DNA of 64,000 nt from Octopus vulgaris (lineage: Eukaryota). Positions 12,265-26,583 of the stretch are shown piece by piece. How positions within the stretch are numbered: the stretch's first letter is position 1; every line of letters begins with the position of its first letter. The notes beneath the pieces were generated by a model. It worked only from the letters and a program-made list of their open reading frames with translations, was not told the origin of the DNA and made no database searches. The translations under genes and the position numbers were made by a program. The stretch covers positions 3,720,001-3,784,000 of the forward strand of contig OX597833.1 of the NCBI GenBank assembly GCA_951406725.2, read 5' to 3'.

Positions 12265-12407
12265 CGGCGACGACGACAATGCTGATATTAACGATTATGA
12301 TGATGATTATGATGATGATGTCTCTTTTTTTTTGTCTTTTCAAAGGGATCAAGAATACTCTTTGAATCTTGAGAACGCCGAAATTCCTCAAAAGTGGGTG
12401 GAATGAA

Positions 12408-12462
<55 letters not shown>

Positions 12463-12641
12463 ATGAGTGTGTGTGAGTGTGTGTAAATGGTATTGGTGAG
12501 ATACCATATTTATATTCACTAGATATTTAATATACTTGACACTCCACGCTTATATACATTCTTAAATACATACATACATGCATACATACATACATACATA
12601 CATACATACATACATACATGCATACATACATACATACATAC

Positions 12642-12671
<30 letters not shown>

Positions 12672-12674
<3 letters not shown>

Positions 12675-13205
12675 ATTCCAAGAAAGTTAGAGGTTGTGAA
12701 TCCAACCAACTAAGGGATAATATCTATCCAATATACTGCTGGTAGAATAACCAATTATTAACACACAAGTGGTTTTCTTTTCATTGCCTGGCAATTACAT
12801 TACCGAGTGTAATAAATGGATGAGAGGAAAAAGTTATTTTACTCTTAATTTATAGAGCAATTAGAAAATGGAGGGGATCAAGAGGTGGTATTCATCAACT
12901 TTTAGACATTGTATTATGTCAATTTGTTTATTTACTAAAAGGACAATTATAATAATATACATACATTTATAACATATTATGCTTTTCGTATATAATATAT
13001 AAAATATAAAAATATCAGTAATTATAAAAATATATAACATAGAGCAATAGAAATTAGGATAATATCTTACAGCTGTTTCAGCCAAGAGGTAAAAATACCT
13101 CATTCTACTTTTATCCCCCCAGTGGACTGAAGTAATTAGTAGATGAAATTGAGGTACTTGGCTGTTTCTCTAGGCTTAGTCAGAGATTTTAGAAAGTACA
13201 AAAGG
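12672..13205 (-). mobile_element. AT-rich Penelope-like terminal repeat family with extended hammerhead
   Basis: Colinear with 59447-59760 + 61011-61210; contains a hammerhead-like motif; ends in (TA)n. Confidence 0.7.
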
Positions 13206-13589
13206 TACTACTTGGTAGGTTATGCAGGTTTTCTTTCTCTCTTTAATAAAAGAATTCCATTTAATTGCGATTGCCTTTTTAGGTTCACACAAGCGGGAGG
13301 GGGCGGTGTCAACATGATCACCTCTGCATGTCAAACTCCCATACCATGCGTTCACATCGCGACACTGATTCCGCAAAATTTGGTTGGGTGTGCTTACGTC
13401 CCGACTACAGAAACAATGTAGGTGCTTCGCTTTTGAATTTTTGTGCTCATTGCTTACCATTATTTTCTTCTTTCTAAGCCATTCATCTCCCAATGATGGA
13501 CCAACATTATCCTCATAGTACCTTCTGTGTGACTTCTAAAACACTGTGTGAGCTATGTTCTCATTCATTCCATTCCACGAATGCCAAAA

Positions 13590-13693
13590 TCCTATATAAT
13601 AAAATCCCCTACCAATCGTTACCTACTTCTCATCATCTTTAAAACATGTGGCGACCCAAGGAGACCCAAATGAAATCGGGTAGTAGCAGCTAG
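13590..13693 (+). mobile_element. Possible ~100-bp mini-Helitron remnant
   Basis: A|TCCTATATAATAAAA start, a weak ccc...ggg hairpin, and a CTAG|T end. Confidence 0.4.
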
Positions 13694-13797
13694 TTACTGA
13701 TATTTTTATATTTTATATATTATATATGTAAAGCATAATATGTTATACATTTATGTATATTGCATGTGTTTATATATATATATATATACATATACAT

Positions 13798-13835
<38 letters not shown>

Positions 13836-13890
13836 GATTGATTGATTGATTCTAGTTTCAGCTTATGAGCTGTGGCCATGCTAGGGCACC

Positions 13891-13958
<68 letters not shown>

Positions 13959-13967
13959 ATATATATA

Positions 13968-14210
13968 TCTTTTACTTGTTTCAGTCATTTGACTGCGGCC
14001 TTGCTGGAGCACCATCTTTTAGTCGGAGAAATCGGCCCCTGCACTCATTCTTTGTAAGGCCGGTGCTTATTCTATCGGTATCTTTTGCCGGACTGCTTTG
14101 TTACGGAGATATAAGCATACCGACATCGATTGTCAAGCGATGGTAGTGGTGGTGGTAGTGTGTGTATGTGACAAACAGACACAAAGACACCCATAAGTAT
14201 ACACACACAC

Positions 14211-14271
<61 letters not shown>

Positions 14272-14440
14272 TATACGACGGGCTTCTTTTCAGTTTCCGT
14301 CTACCAAACCCACTCACAAGGCTTTGGTCGGCTTGAGCCTGTAGTTGAAGACATTTGGCCAAGATTCCATGCAATGGGACTGAACCCGGAACCATGTAGT
14401 TGGGAAGCAAGCTACTTACCGCACAGCCACTCTTGCGCCA
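13968..14440 (-). mobile_element. SINE family C
   Basis: Full copy with an internal (TA)n. Confidence 0.85.
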
Positions 14441-14468
14441 ATATACATACACACACACACACACACAT

Positions 14469-14499
<31 letters not shown>

Positions 14500-14524
14500 A
14501 ACAATGCATACATGAGCACGTCAC

Positions 14525-14585
<61 letters not shown>

Positions 14586-14665
14586 GCTAGCTAGCTAGCT
14601 AGCTAGCTATCTACCTATCTAGTTATACATACATACATACATACATACATACATACATACATACA

Positions 14666-14697
<32 letters not shown>

Positions 14698-14853
14698 GGC
14701 ATAAATATATGTTAAGAAATAGATTACGTGTAGCACTAGGGGGACGGTCAAATCTTATTTATATAACATAAATTTCTCTTCAAACTGATGGTAGATTCTT
14801 AACTATACTAAATTATTTCACAACCACTGCATCCACGATTATCTGATAAGCAC

Positions 14854-14922
<69 letters not shown>

Positions 14923-15276
14923 CTTTAATTTAATTTGTTTTAAAGTCACTGTAATCTACGATTAACTGATAAGCTCTATATACATATATGTATATAGTAC
15001 TTATCAGTTAATTGTTCATGCAGCAATACAGAATCACTGTTTAAAAAGCACACATATGCACACACATATACGTCCACACGCATGCACGCATGCAAACACA
15101 CACACACACACAGGACACTATTTATCCTTCATATAGTCTACCATATGTGTAAACATAAATAGCGAGCGTTGCCTCCTCAGTCACCACTTGCCATCTTCCA
15201 CCAACTTGTTTTGTTAAACGTCTAAGACTACCTAAGACACGGCCATTTTTTTTACCTAATACTTATTCCTGCTATA

Positions 15277-15295
15277 GTTGTTGCTGTTGTTGTTG

Positions 15296-15326
<31 letters not shown>

Positions 15327-15374
15327 TGATGGTGATGATGATGGTGATGGTGGTGGTGGTGGTGGTGGTGGTGG

Positions 15375-15408
<34 letters not shown>

Positions 15409-15466
15409 GATGGTGATGATGATGGTGGTGGTGGTGGTGATGGTGATGGTGATGACGATGATGATG

Positions 15467-15498
<32 letters not shown>

Positions 15499-15500
15499 GG

Positions 15501-15531
<31 letters not shown>

Positions 15532-15627
15532 AGTGATGATGATGATAATGATGGTGGTGGTGATGGTGATGATAATGATGGTGGTGATGATGGTGATGGT
15601 GGTGATGATGATGATGATGGTGATGAC

Positions 15628-15659
<32 letters not shown>

Positions 15660-15832
15660 CGATGATGATGATGATGGTGATGGTGGTGGTGATGAAGATG
15701 GTGATGAAGATGATGATGATGATGAAGATGGTGATGGTGATGGTGGTGATGATGATGATGGTGATGATGATGGTGATGATGGTGGTGATGATGGTGGTGA
15801 TGAAGATGGTGATGGTGGTGGTGGTGATGATG
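15277..15832. repeat. (GAT)n/(GGT)n trinucleotide microsatellite
   Basis: Direct inspection. Similar tracts at 12052-12320, 42410-43100 and 44230-44520. Confidence 0.97.
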
Positions 15833-16420
15833 TACAGATGGTTTCATCTTTCATTATCCTTGTCCCTTTCTCCTTTCTGATGACTAAAAGATCAACGCAG
15901 TATTTTACTGACGATTAATAGTCATAGCCACTTCAACATGGCTGTCCGTTCGAGCGGGCTTTACTGCGATTTTTTTTAACCCCAAGAAGACACCTCCTTT
16001 GGGTATATGTGTATTTGAATGCCGATAAGGATATCTTTTTACACCAATCACCTGATGTGACACAGACTACACTTATTGAAGCAACACAATTAGAGGCACA
16101 ATATCCTATCCGTAAGGGACAGCTGCAGGATGGGTCGAAACGATCGTTATGCCGAACAAAGATTCGTAGCAAACTTCATTTCCGTTTCCTTCATCAATTA
16201 TAGATACGCGTGCGCGCGCTCACACACAATGACATGTGGGGTTGCTAAACGCCTTGTTAAGTATTTTCATATTTTCTTAGTTTCACCAAGCAATCAGAGT
16301 ATGACCCTGAGTTAGCAAGGAAGCTATAGGTCTGTGGGTGACGTTCTAACCCAGTTACTATAGTAACACTTTCAATTCCGAAATTCATATCTACTCTCTG
16401 GAAAAAGGTGAGGGGAAAGT

Positions 16421-16501
<81 letters not shown>

Positions 16502-16867
16502 TCAAAGAATAATCTTGAACAGAGACCCAAAGACAGGCAGGTTCCCGAAATCTATTTCGGGTACCGTTTTTAATTAACCTTATCAACATATGTTCTGTAT
16601 TTTCGCTGGTCTTGAGACATGGTTATCAACGCGGTGGAGAGGGGAAGAGCGGAGATCTCATACTAAGTACGTGTGTGCTAGGGGTGGGTGTATGTGGGTG
16701 CGTACGTGTATGTATGTGCGCGTGTGTGTAGGCGTATGTATGTAGGCGTCTATACGTGCGAGTGTGTAACAATGGGGTGTTTATAAGCCTCTCATAAATC
16801 TAGACAAGGTTTAAATTATCGAAGAACAACAGCAGCAGCAGCAGCAGCAGTGGTAATAATTCTACCA

Positions 16868-17070
16868 AATTTTGGCACAAGGCCAGCAGGGGAGGGGAAA
16901 ATCGATTACATCGATCGCTGTAAAGGACTGTTACTTTATTTTATCGACCAGGAAAGGATAAAATAAAAAGTTGACCACGGCAAGATTTGAACTCAGAACG
17001 TAAAGTCGAAAAAAAAATGCCGCTAAGCATTTTGTCCGACGTGCTAACGATTCAGCCAGTTCTACGCCTT
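16868..17070 (-). mobile_element. SINE family A, degenerate
   Basis: Diverged match to the family A consensus seen elsewhere in the window. Confidence 0.7.
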
Positions 17071-17089
17071 AACAACAACAGCAACAAGT

Positions 17090-17458
17090 GGAGGCGCAAT
17101 GGCCCAATGTTTAGGGCAGCGGACTCGCGGTCGGAGGATCGCGGTTTCGATTCCCAGACCGGGCGTTGTGTGTGTTTATTGAGCGAAAACACCTAAAAGC
17201 TCCACGAGGCTCCGGCAGGGGGTGGTGACGACCCCTGTTGTACTCTTTCGCTCCAAGTTTCTCTCACTCTTTCTTTCTGTTTCTTGTCCCCGACTTCCTA
17301 CGCAACCGCTGAGCCTGGATGCGCATTCATCCATCCGTCGATGCTCTCGGTGTCGGGGGTTGACCTGCTTTCTCTTCTGCAGGTCTTACGAATAGCAAAG
17401 GACCACGTTTCGGACTTCTCCCATCTTGCGAGCTCTAGGACAAAGACCGTTCGCTAAA
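17090..17458 (+). mobile_element. SINE family B, tail type 2
   Basis: Same ~190-bp 5' part, different 3' part, ending in (CAG/CAA)n. Confidence 0.85.
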
Positions 17459-18115
17459 CAGCAACAGCAACAACAACAACAATTGTCTCTGCTATTGGTA
17501 CAAAGCCTGAAGTTTTGGGGAAGCAGGCTAGTCGACTACATCGACCCCAGAACTCAACTGGTACTTATTCCGTCGATCCCGGAAGAATGTCAAGCAAAGT
17601 CGACCTTGGTGGAATTTGAACTGCTAATGCACAGAGCCGGAAAGATTTTGGTTAACCTTTTACTTGTTTCAGTCATTGGACCACAGCCATGGTGTCAGCT
17701 GAAGAAATTTGAACCCAGAATGCACAGACCCGTAACTGACATCACTGGGGATCTCTTCCGAGATATAAATCAATTATCACGGACTGGTACTTTATTTATC
17801 GATCTTGAATGGAGTAAAGATCATTTCGACCTCAGCGGGATTTGAACTCAGAACGTAAGGAGCTGGAAAAAAAGCCTTAAGGAATAATAACCGACATCAT
17901 TGTATCAACTCAGTCAGTTCGATACCGCATACACACACGGACACACATACACACACAATACATGTATGTGTGCATTATACGTTGCTTAATGTCAAACGAA
18001 TACAAAAGCAGTGCTCAATGCATATTGTAGAGGATGTATTTTAAAATTAAAACTGAAGCTGACAGATTGTTTCGATAATCGAGTTTCATGCCATCGCAAT
18101 TTTCTGGCGAAAGTT

Positions 18116-18154
18116 TCGCCTGATGATCACAATAGCGTGAAACTCGAGTCGTGA
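18116..18154 (+). ncRNA. Minimal type I hammerhead ribozyme motif
   Basis: tcgc CTGATGA tcac-aatagc-gt GAAA ctcgag TC gtga: stem I tcgc/gtga, palindromic stem III, GUC cleavage triplet. Confidence 0.75.
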
Positions 18155-18437
18155 GACACTCTCAACTTCCATTTTAACAAAGCGCATTATACATACGTAC
18201 ATACATACGCACATATATACATACGTATATATGTATGCATGTATGTATATTAAATATACATACATGTATATATAACACACACACACACCCTTATGGCTTC
18301 ATCTTATTTCTGTTTCTGTGCCGCTGTTGTTTACATTATTTACGCTCCAACTTTTAATGTTTCTATTTGTTTTTATTGAGCACCCTGGTAAACGGAATCA
18401 TTAAGTTATATCGTGAGGTAGTGTGTAAAATCCCTCC

Positions 18438-18475
<38 letters not shown>

Positions 18476-18478
18476 GTT

Positions 18479-18523
<45 letters not shown>

Positions 18524-18852
18524 GTGCATGTATACACATACATGTGTATATATACATATACATGTATATATATATATGTGTGTGAGTCTGTATGAATATA
18601 CGCATACATACAAGGATATATATGTTTATATATATTTATTTATATATACATACATGCATACACACACACACATATATATATTTATAGATGCATATACACA
18701 CACACATATATATATATTTATAGATGCATATACACACACATATATATATATGCACATACATCTATGTGTATATATATATTATATTTTATACATATATATA
18801 TTCGATACATAGATATAGATTTAAAGATATATATATATATATATATACATAT

Positions 18853-18968
<116 letters not shown>

Positions 18969-19663
18969 CACATATACATGTATATATACATATATAAATA
19001 CAAGCATATATATACACATATACACTCACACATAATTTTCATGTGGTTTAGTTTAAAATTCCTTTAACTGGAACGAAATTACACATTATCATAATCAACA
19101 TCCTCTTCTTCCTCCTCCACCTCCTCCTCCCCTCACCATCATCATCATCATCATGGTTACCATGCACTTTGTTTATAGAAAGGACAGCGAAATCTGTGCG
19201 ATCTAATTTTTTTTTCTATATTTTTTTTTTTCATTTTTCCTTCTTTAAACATATTTTCATTAACCAGTTTCTATCACATTTTTTTATCAACGCTTAACAA
19301 CAACAACAACAACAGCAGTAGCAGCAGCAGCAATAACAGCAACAAAAGCAGCCAATCATATTTTGGGTTTCTTACCCCGTGACAGCTCCCACAGCCTAGT
19401 CCTATATCTTACTTAATCTGTGTCACCGTTTGTTTATATTTTCTTATTATGGCTGACGACAGAATCGTTCAGATTCGTCGCACGAAATACCACATACCAC
19501 TTTTGACAGGGTACTCTCACTGGCGAAGTCGTACCCAACCGCGCTTGATAACATAAGGAGCTAATCGTGTCCTACGGTCGTGATCATCAACGATACTTCA
19601 TTATTCATTATTCTTTCTGACTTTCCTCACAGGACCAACAATGTTGAGGCGAGACGAAAGTCG

Positions 19664-20005
19664 ATTCAAATTCCGCCGAGGTCGACTTTGCCTTTCATCC
19701 TTTAGGGGTCGATTAAATAAGTACCAGTTACGCACTGGAGTCGATATAATCGACTTAATCTGTTTGTCTGTCCTTCTTTGTCCTCTCTGTGTTTAGCCCC
19801 TTGTGGGTAGTAAAGAAATAGGTATTTCGTTTGCCGCTACGTTCTGAGTTCAAATTCCGCCGAGGCCGACTTTGCCTTTCATCCTTTCGGGGTCGATTAA
19901 ATAAGTACCAGTTACGCACTGGGGTCGATATAATCGACTTAATCCGTTTGTCTGTCCTTCTTTGTCCTCTCTGTGTTTAGCCCCTAGTGGGTAGTAAAGA
20001 AATAG
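19664..20005 (+). mobile_element. SINE family A, 5'-truncated dimer inserted into an older antisense copy
   Basis: Two body units; gaaagtcgattc duplicated at both flanks; degenerate minus-strand copy continues to ~20160. Confidence 0.85.
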
Positions 20006-20399
20006 GAAAGTCGATTCCATTGACTCAAGTTCTCAGCAGGTATTCATTTCATCGACCTCCAAACGGATAAAAAGGTAACGTTGATCCCGGCGGAATTTGA
20101 ACCCAGAAGTGTAAGAAATGCAGCTAAGGGTTTTGTCAAGCATGTTAACAATTCTACCAGTCCTGTGTTTGTGTTTGTCCCCCACTCTTATCATCACCTC
20201 TACTCAACAACCGGTTTTGGCTTCCTTACGGCCACATAACGAAGCGGTTCGGCAAAACACACCGAAACAATAAATACCCGACTTAAAAAATAAGTTCTGG
20301 GGCCGATTTGATCGACTAAAACCCGTTAAGGCAGTGCACAATCATGGTCGCAATGACTGAAACACGCAAGAGATAAAATGGTACTTTCTTTAAAAGTTA

Positions 20400-20793
20400 C
20401 TAGCAGTATCGCCCGGCGTTGCTCGGGTTTGTTTCAACCCTTTAGAATTGGAATTTTCGAAAAGTAAAACTTTTGCATTATGTAGCTTGTTATTCTCTTT
20501 AAGTGAACATTTTTCTGGTTGAAATACACCGAAAAATGGTGACACAGCAGTCAAAAAATCGTAAAAAATAGGGATTTTCATAGAAAAAAAAAGCAGCTTT
20601 TTGATGTAAATGATTTTTGCTGTTAACATGGTCTGATTTGAGTTTTTTCTTCTACGGAAGGAAGAGCAAGCCTTCTTCTATCATACTCTCAATTTTGGTC
20701 AACTTGCACCGCAGGGTCTCGGAGGAGATTGTGTTAGTTGAAGGCTACCAAACCTGCCGTACACAGACAACTTCAGCTTTATATACAGAGAGA
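20400..20793 (-). mobile_element. Non-autonomous Helitron, inverted copy of the 27888-28248 family
   Basis: Same termini on the minus strand (A|TC...CTAG|T) and a colinear internal sequence. Confidence 0.85.
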
Positions 20794-21701
20794 TTTATGA
20801 AAACTGATTTTCAGGCAATCCGAAGCTTTCACGACAGTGTTACCACGAAAGAGATTAAGAACAACCAGGCATCTTTACGAGGATCATCCGATACTTTCTT
20901 TACAGGGTCATAGAACCCACAAAACGTCTTAAATTTTTCACAGGATGTACTTTGATCGAGAATTTTTATACTATTTTTCAGAATCTGATGCAGCAAATTA
21001 CATACAACCACCTGAAGCCAGAGATGCTTTGGTGGAGTTCACTGTGTTGCAAGCATTCGGACCGGATTTCCGGTTTGCAGATAATTTCCAGTTCCCCCAA
21101 CCCCGTTTCCCATCAATTTCAGAGACCCTGTTGATGGTCATAGGTGCTGTCTTTCCTCCTGGTTAAAGACAAATACAATATTAACATTTTATTTAGGTAT
21201 ACTAAATATCATGTATGATAAATTCTTTGAAATTTGAAAGTATCTGTCATTGAAGAGAAAGTAAACGAATACCTTGTGGTGATTGGAGTTGACTCCACCT
21301 GAGAAGTGGAGTGGATAATCTCAAGGAATCAATGAACGATCTTGTCGAGATTCCATTAAAAAGAATTCGTTTTTCACGAGACAAGAGCATAACCGTGATC
21401 ACGTGTTTCTGCTTCAATGTGTGCATGTGTGTATGCACGTGTACATACACACGACACACACATACACATATACATGTCTATACACATACATCAGTTTGTC
21501 AACATTGAAACATTGTGATTTGTCAACATTGAAACTTATAACGATGTTTTTCTAATTTTACACTTTTACCATTGATAAACAAAAAATATTGTTGAAACTA
21601 GTTTGGTACATTATGTAAATAAATGTATTTTAAACATGTACGACATTTTGAAATTGAAGTGCATTTTCAGCAACACATTTTCCTATATATACATACATAC
21701 A

Positions 21702-21733
<32 letters not shown>

Positions 21734-21738
21734 CAAGC

Positions 21739-21807
<69 letters not shown>

Positions 21808-22026
21808 CATACATATACATATATATATATACATACACGCATATACATACAAACACATACACACATGCACACACACACACATACATATATATATATATGT
21901 ATATACACTCATACACCTACTCATTTTCCTTTTATGGTCATTTGTGTACTGAAAATTAATCTCATTAGTTATTTGATTATTTTTTTGTCATCTTGCTATT
22001 TGTGCTGTGGCTAAACTGGAGAATAC

Positions 22027-22067
<41 letters not shown>

Positions 22068-22678
22068 CATACGTGCATACGACTATTTGTGCAGAGATTC
22101 CATAACCCGCTATCAAAAAGGGGGTTACATACCAACATGTTCTACCCAAGACTCTTAATTAACACCGATCCACCGTCACACATACGCACACATACAAACA
22201 CACACGCATACACACATATACCATTAAGCTCACACAAAGAAACGGACACATATGTACTATCACACGCGCATACACACACATATTTATACACATATATACC
22301 GCACACTTACATGCATACGTACATACCATCATACATGCGCAAAAAATACACACATCATACATACATACATACATACATACATACATACATACATACATAC
22401 ATACATACATACATACAAATATGCACGTATATGTAGACATTACATATATACGTACATACACACATATGGGCCTCATATAAACATACATACACACTTATGT
22501 ACCGCCACACACACATATACATATATGCCATAACACACACATGCACACACACACATACACACACACACATATACATACACATACATCAACACAGATATGG
22601 GCACGCAGTACATACACACACACACACATATATATATATACATCTATATACACACGCATATATATAATACACATACAT

Positions 22679-22719
<41 letters not shown>

Positions 22720-22957
22720 CACCCACTTTCCTCTACCGTTATCTATTTGTATATACATACCAGCATACGGAAGGGCACGAAAAGACTCCCCCCCTAGTTA
22801 CGTCATGATCCCCCCATTAATTTCAACGGTGGCAGTCTCGCTTCCTTTATGACTAATTCCAGAAAGACGAAAGTGACGTCATGCAAGACCAGAGACCAAG
22901 GAGGGCAACAACAGGGGACGGCAAGGGATCGGCGAAATAGTTACCGTCGTCGTGGAC

Positions 22958-23358
22958 GCCACCACCACCACCATCACCACCATCACCACCCACCAACTTC
23001 AACACCATCATCGTCATCGTTATCGTCATCATAAGTAGCAGCAGCAGCATTACTACCATCATTGCCGCCACCACCACAATCATCATCATCATTTGCCGCC
23101 GCCACCACTACCACCACCACCACCACCATCACAATCAGCCGCAGTGCACACACCACTTCCAACACGACCACCATCATCTTCAACCTCGCCATCATCACCA
23201 CCATCACCATCACTACCATCATGATCATCATGATCATCATCTTCATCACCATCACCATCACCATCCACCACCACACCATCACCACCATAATGATCATCAC
23301 CACCACCACCACCACCACCACCACCACCACCACCACCACCACCACCACCACCACCACC

Positions 23359-23430
<72 letters not shown>

Positions 23431-23445
23431 TCCATCATCTCCATC
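22958..23445. repeat. (CAC)n/(CAT)n microsatellite
   Basis: Direct inspection. Confidence 0.95.
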
Positions 23446-23743
23446 GTCACAACCGGATTTTCTTTTTTATCCACCCGGGCGATTAATTGCAATACCAGTG
23501 ATTCTTCAATCCCTCTTTTCCCCTATATCGGTAGGTAAAGTGGTTTTCGTCTTATCGCGCAGCCGGCAGTGAGTACATGCCACTGACGGAGCTCAACGAC
23601 GGAGAAATGCGCTTCTCGCATTCTCACCACAACTACTTCGTTATAACGGAAGTGAATTTGCTTTTCAAGACGTATTTACATTAAGTATGATACACAAAGA
23701 GATGTTGTAATCTTATACTGCTACTTCTGTCGCACTTAACTGA

Positions 23744-23777
<34 letters not shown>

Positions 23778-23957
23778 ATAAGAATATATATAGAATAAGT
23801 CCCGGGGTCGATTTGCTCGACTAAAGGCGGTGCTCCAGCATGGCCGCAGTCAAATGACTGAAACAAGTAAAAGAGTTAAAGAGTATGCCAGGTGGTGCTA
23901 TTAAGTTAGACATGGCTTGGGCCAATACTGGCCAAAACCTTTCTAAGTTATTCTAAG

Positions 23958-24010
<53 letters not shown>

Positions 24011-24021
24011 TATATATAAAT

Positions 24022-24295
24022 ATGTGTGTAATTGTTGATGACGATCTCAGTTGGAGTGCACACATCAACAAGAAGGTCGATATAGCTCGTAGGATGAGTT
24101 CCTGGATCTTAAGAACTTTCCGGTCCAGAGAACAAGGTGTCATCATACCACTTTTTTCCTCCTTTGTACGGCCACACCTTGAATACTGCTGCCCACTGTG
24201 GTCTCCTCACACAAGACAAAACATCTCCAGAATTGAGTCACCCCAGAGGGCACTCACTAAACAAATTGAAGGCATGGCTGCTCTCGACTATTTGC
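24022..24295 (+). mobile_element. CR1-group LINE ORF2 fragment (post-RT region)
   Basis: VIVDDDLSWSAHI...ILRTF...FVRPHLEYCCPLWSPH...IESPQRALTK. Confidence 0.9.
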
Positions 24296-24300
24296 TAGCA

Positions 24301-24347
24301 AAAACTGTCTGATGAACGGCAACGAGAAACTCAGAGTAACAGATTTT
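24301..24347 (+). ncRNA. Minimal type I hammerhead ribozyme motif
   Basis: aaaactgt CTGATGA a-cg-gcaa-cg-a GAAA ctc-a-gag TA acag-a-tttt. Confidence 0.78.
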
Positions 24348-24444
24348 GTTGAATTTTCTGCTGCTTTAAATAAAGCATATTACTCTACCACTGGTATTTG
24401 AGTACTCTTTTTTCCACCTTGTTTCACATTTATGTGTTTACTCC

Positions 24445-24564
<120 letters not shown>

Positions 24565-24591
24565 TTGGAAGGTTTGGAGATGATGTACAGG

Positions 24592-24627
<36 letters not shown>

Positions 24628-24729
24628 CATTATAAGGCACAGAAAGAAAATGACTCTCCCCAGACACAACACTATATACTTCAATACACGGACTCACATA
24701 AAGAATCTTGCAAACCAAATCCCAAAACG

Positions 24730-24772
<43 letters not shown>

Positions 24773-24992
24773 CGCCTACACCCACACACATACACATATG
24801 AGAGACAGATATAGAATAAGTACCGGGCTTAAAAAAGTACTGACCAGTGCTCCAGCAAGGTCGTGGTCGAATGACTAAAACAAATGAAAAATGTATGTAT
24901 GTATGCGTGTATGTGTGTGTATGTACACACACAGCTATATACATACATACACACACTTACGTATACATGCATATACACCCCCCCACGAATGC

Positions 24993-25044
<52 letters not shown>

Positions 25045-25269
25045 TTTTGTTGGTATGTTTGTTTGTGTACATATCTAGCAGACATTTGGTGTTGGGGTCA
25101 GAGAAAAGTAAGATCCGCCACCTTTGACCGCGAATCGTGACTCCAGAGGCTGAAGAACGAAACTGATAAACCACGATCAAGAATATTCAAAGAACTGCGA
25201 AAGAGAGAAAAAAATTCAGGCGGGGATCGTGAAGGAAACTCCACGCCAGGCTTATATGAATTTAGTGTT

Positions 25270-25272
<3 letters not shown>

Positions 25273-25300
<28 letters not shown>

Positions 25301-25301
25301 G

Positions 25302-25373
<72 letters not shown>

Positions 25374-25376
25374 TTA

Positions 25377-25457
<81 letters not shown>

Positions 25458-25637
25458 ATAATAATAATAATAATAATAATAATGATGATGATGATAATGA
25501 TAATAATAATAATAATAATAATAATAAGAAGAAGAATGATAATAAAGATAATAATAATAATAACAACAACAACAACAACAATAATAATAATAATGATAAT
25601 AATGATAATAAAAAAATAAAAAAAAATAATAATAATG

Positions 25638-25670
<33 letters not shown>

Positions 25671-25672
25671 TA
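25273..25672. repeat. (TAA)n/(TAC)n microsatellite
   Basis: Direct inspection. Confidence 0.97.
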
Positions 25673-25699
25673 AGTTGCCGGTTATGCACTTTAGTTTCT

Positions 25700-26015
25700 A
25701 CACGGCAAAGTGGTTAGTGTATTCGGCTCACGATCGGAAGGCCGTGAGTTCGATTTCGGCAGCATTGTGCTGAGTCCTTGAGCAAGACACTTTATTTCTC
25801 TTTGCTCCAGTCCACTCCGTTGGCAACACTGAGTTGTACCAGTAATTCAAATGGGCCAGCCTTGTTACACTTTGTGTCACGCTGAATCTCCCAGAGAACG
25901 TTAAGAGTACACGTGTCTGAGGAGTATTCAGCCACTTGCTCGTTAATTTCACGAACAGGCTGTTCCGTTGATCGGATCAACTGGGACCCCCATCGTCGCA
26001 ACCGACGGAATGCCA
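25700..26015 (+). mobile_element. tRNA-derived CORE-type SINE carrying tail type 3
   Basis: tRNA-like head, CCTTGAGCAAGACACTT core-like motif, 3' part matching 30725-30900. A degraded antisense relative lies at ~850-1120. Confidence 0.8.
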
Positions 26016-26424
26016 GTTTTATTTATTTATTTATTACTTTATTTATTTGTCCAGCACTTCATATGTTTCGCTTTTTCTTTTCGTCTCTCCTGGGTGACGG
26101 AATGTACTGAAAAACACGTGAAACGCTCCACTGCAGAACCTTTTTTTGGTGTGTTTGAGGGATTCTAGATGGGAGCGTAGATAAAAAGGTATCAAAGTCA
26201 TTAAATATGAAATTTGTAGAAATTCGAGAAGTTCTTTGAGGACTTTCAGAAATGTCTGCTTCTGGTTCTGTGATGTGACAATCTAAAAGAGATGTGAACG
26301 CGTGTGTTGAGGCATATTTTGTTGTATCTCGGGAAGGTCATTATGTCAACAATAAGTATACGCACTGGCTCTATTTCACTTCTTTATTATTTTTTATACT
26401 TGTCAATTGGTTGGTTATTTAAGG

Positions 26425-26542
26425 AATTAACTAATCGATTGTTTGATTAATCGTCCGGTCAATCAGTCAGTCACTCAGTCACTCACTCACTCACTCACTC
26501 ACTCACTCACTCACTCACTCACTCACTCACTCACTCACTCAC

Positions 26543-26583
<41 letters not shown>

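Noticed and set aside
15875-15925. CTGATGA followed by a hairpin
   Set aside because: No GAAA...UH after the helix.
19451-19495. CTGACGA...GAAA on the + strand
   Set aside because: Better explained as a decayed SINE A head; stems I and III are absent.
25147-25172. CTGAAGAacGAAA (and a similar string at ~56455-56475 minus)
   Set aside because: No helix II and poor stem I; compatible with chance.
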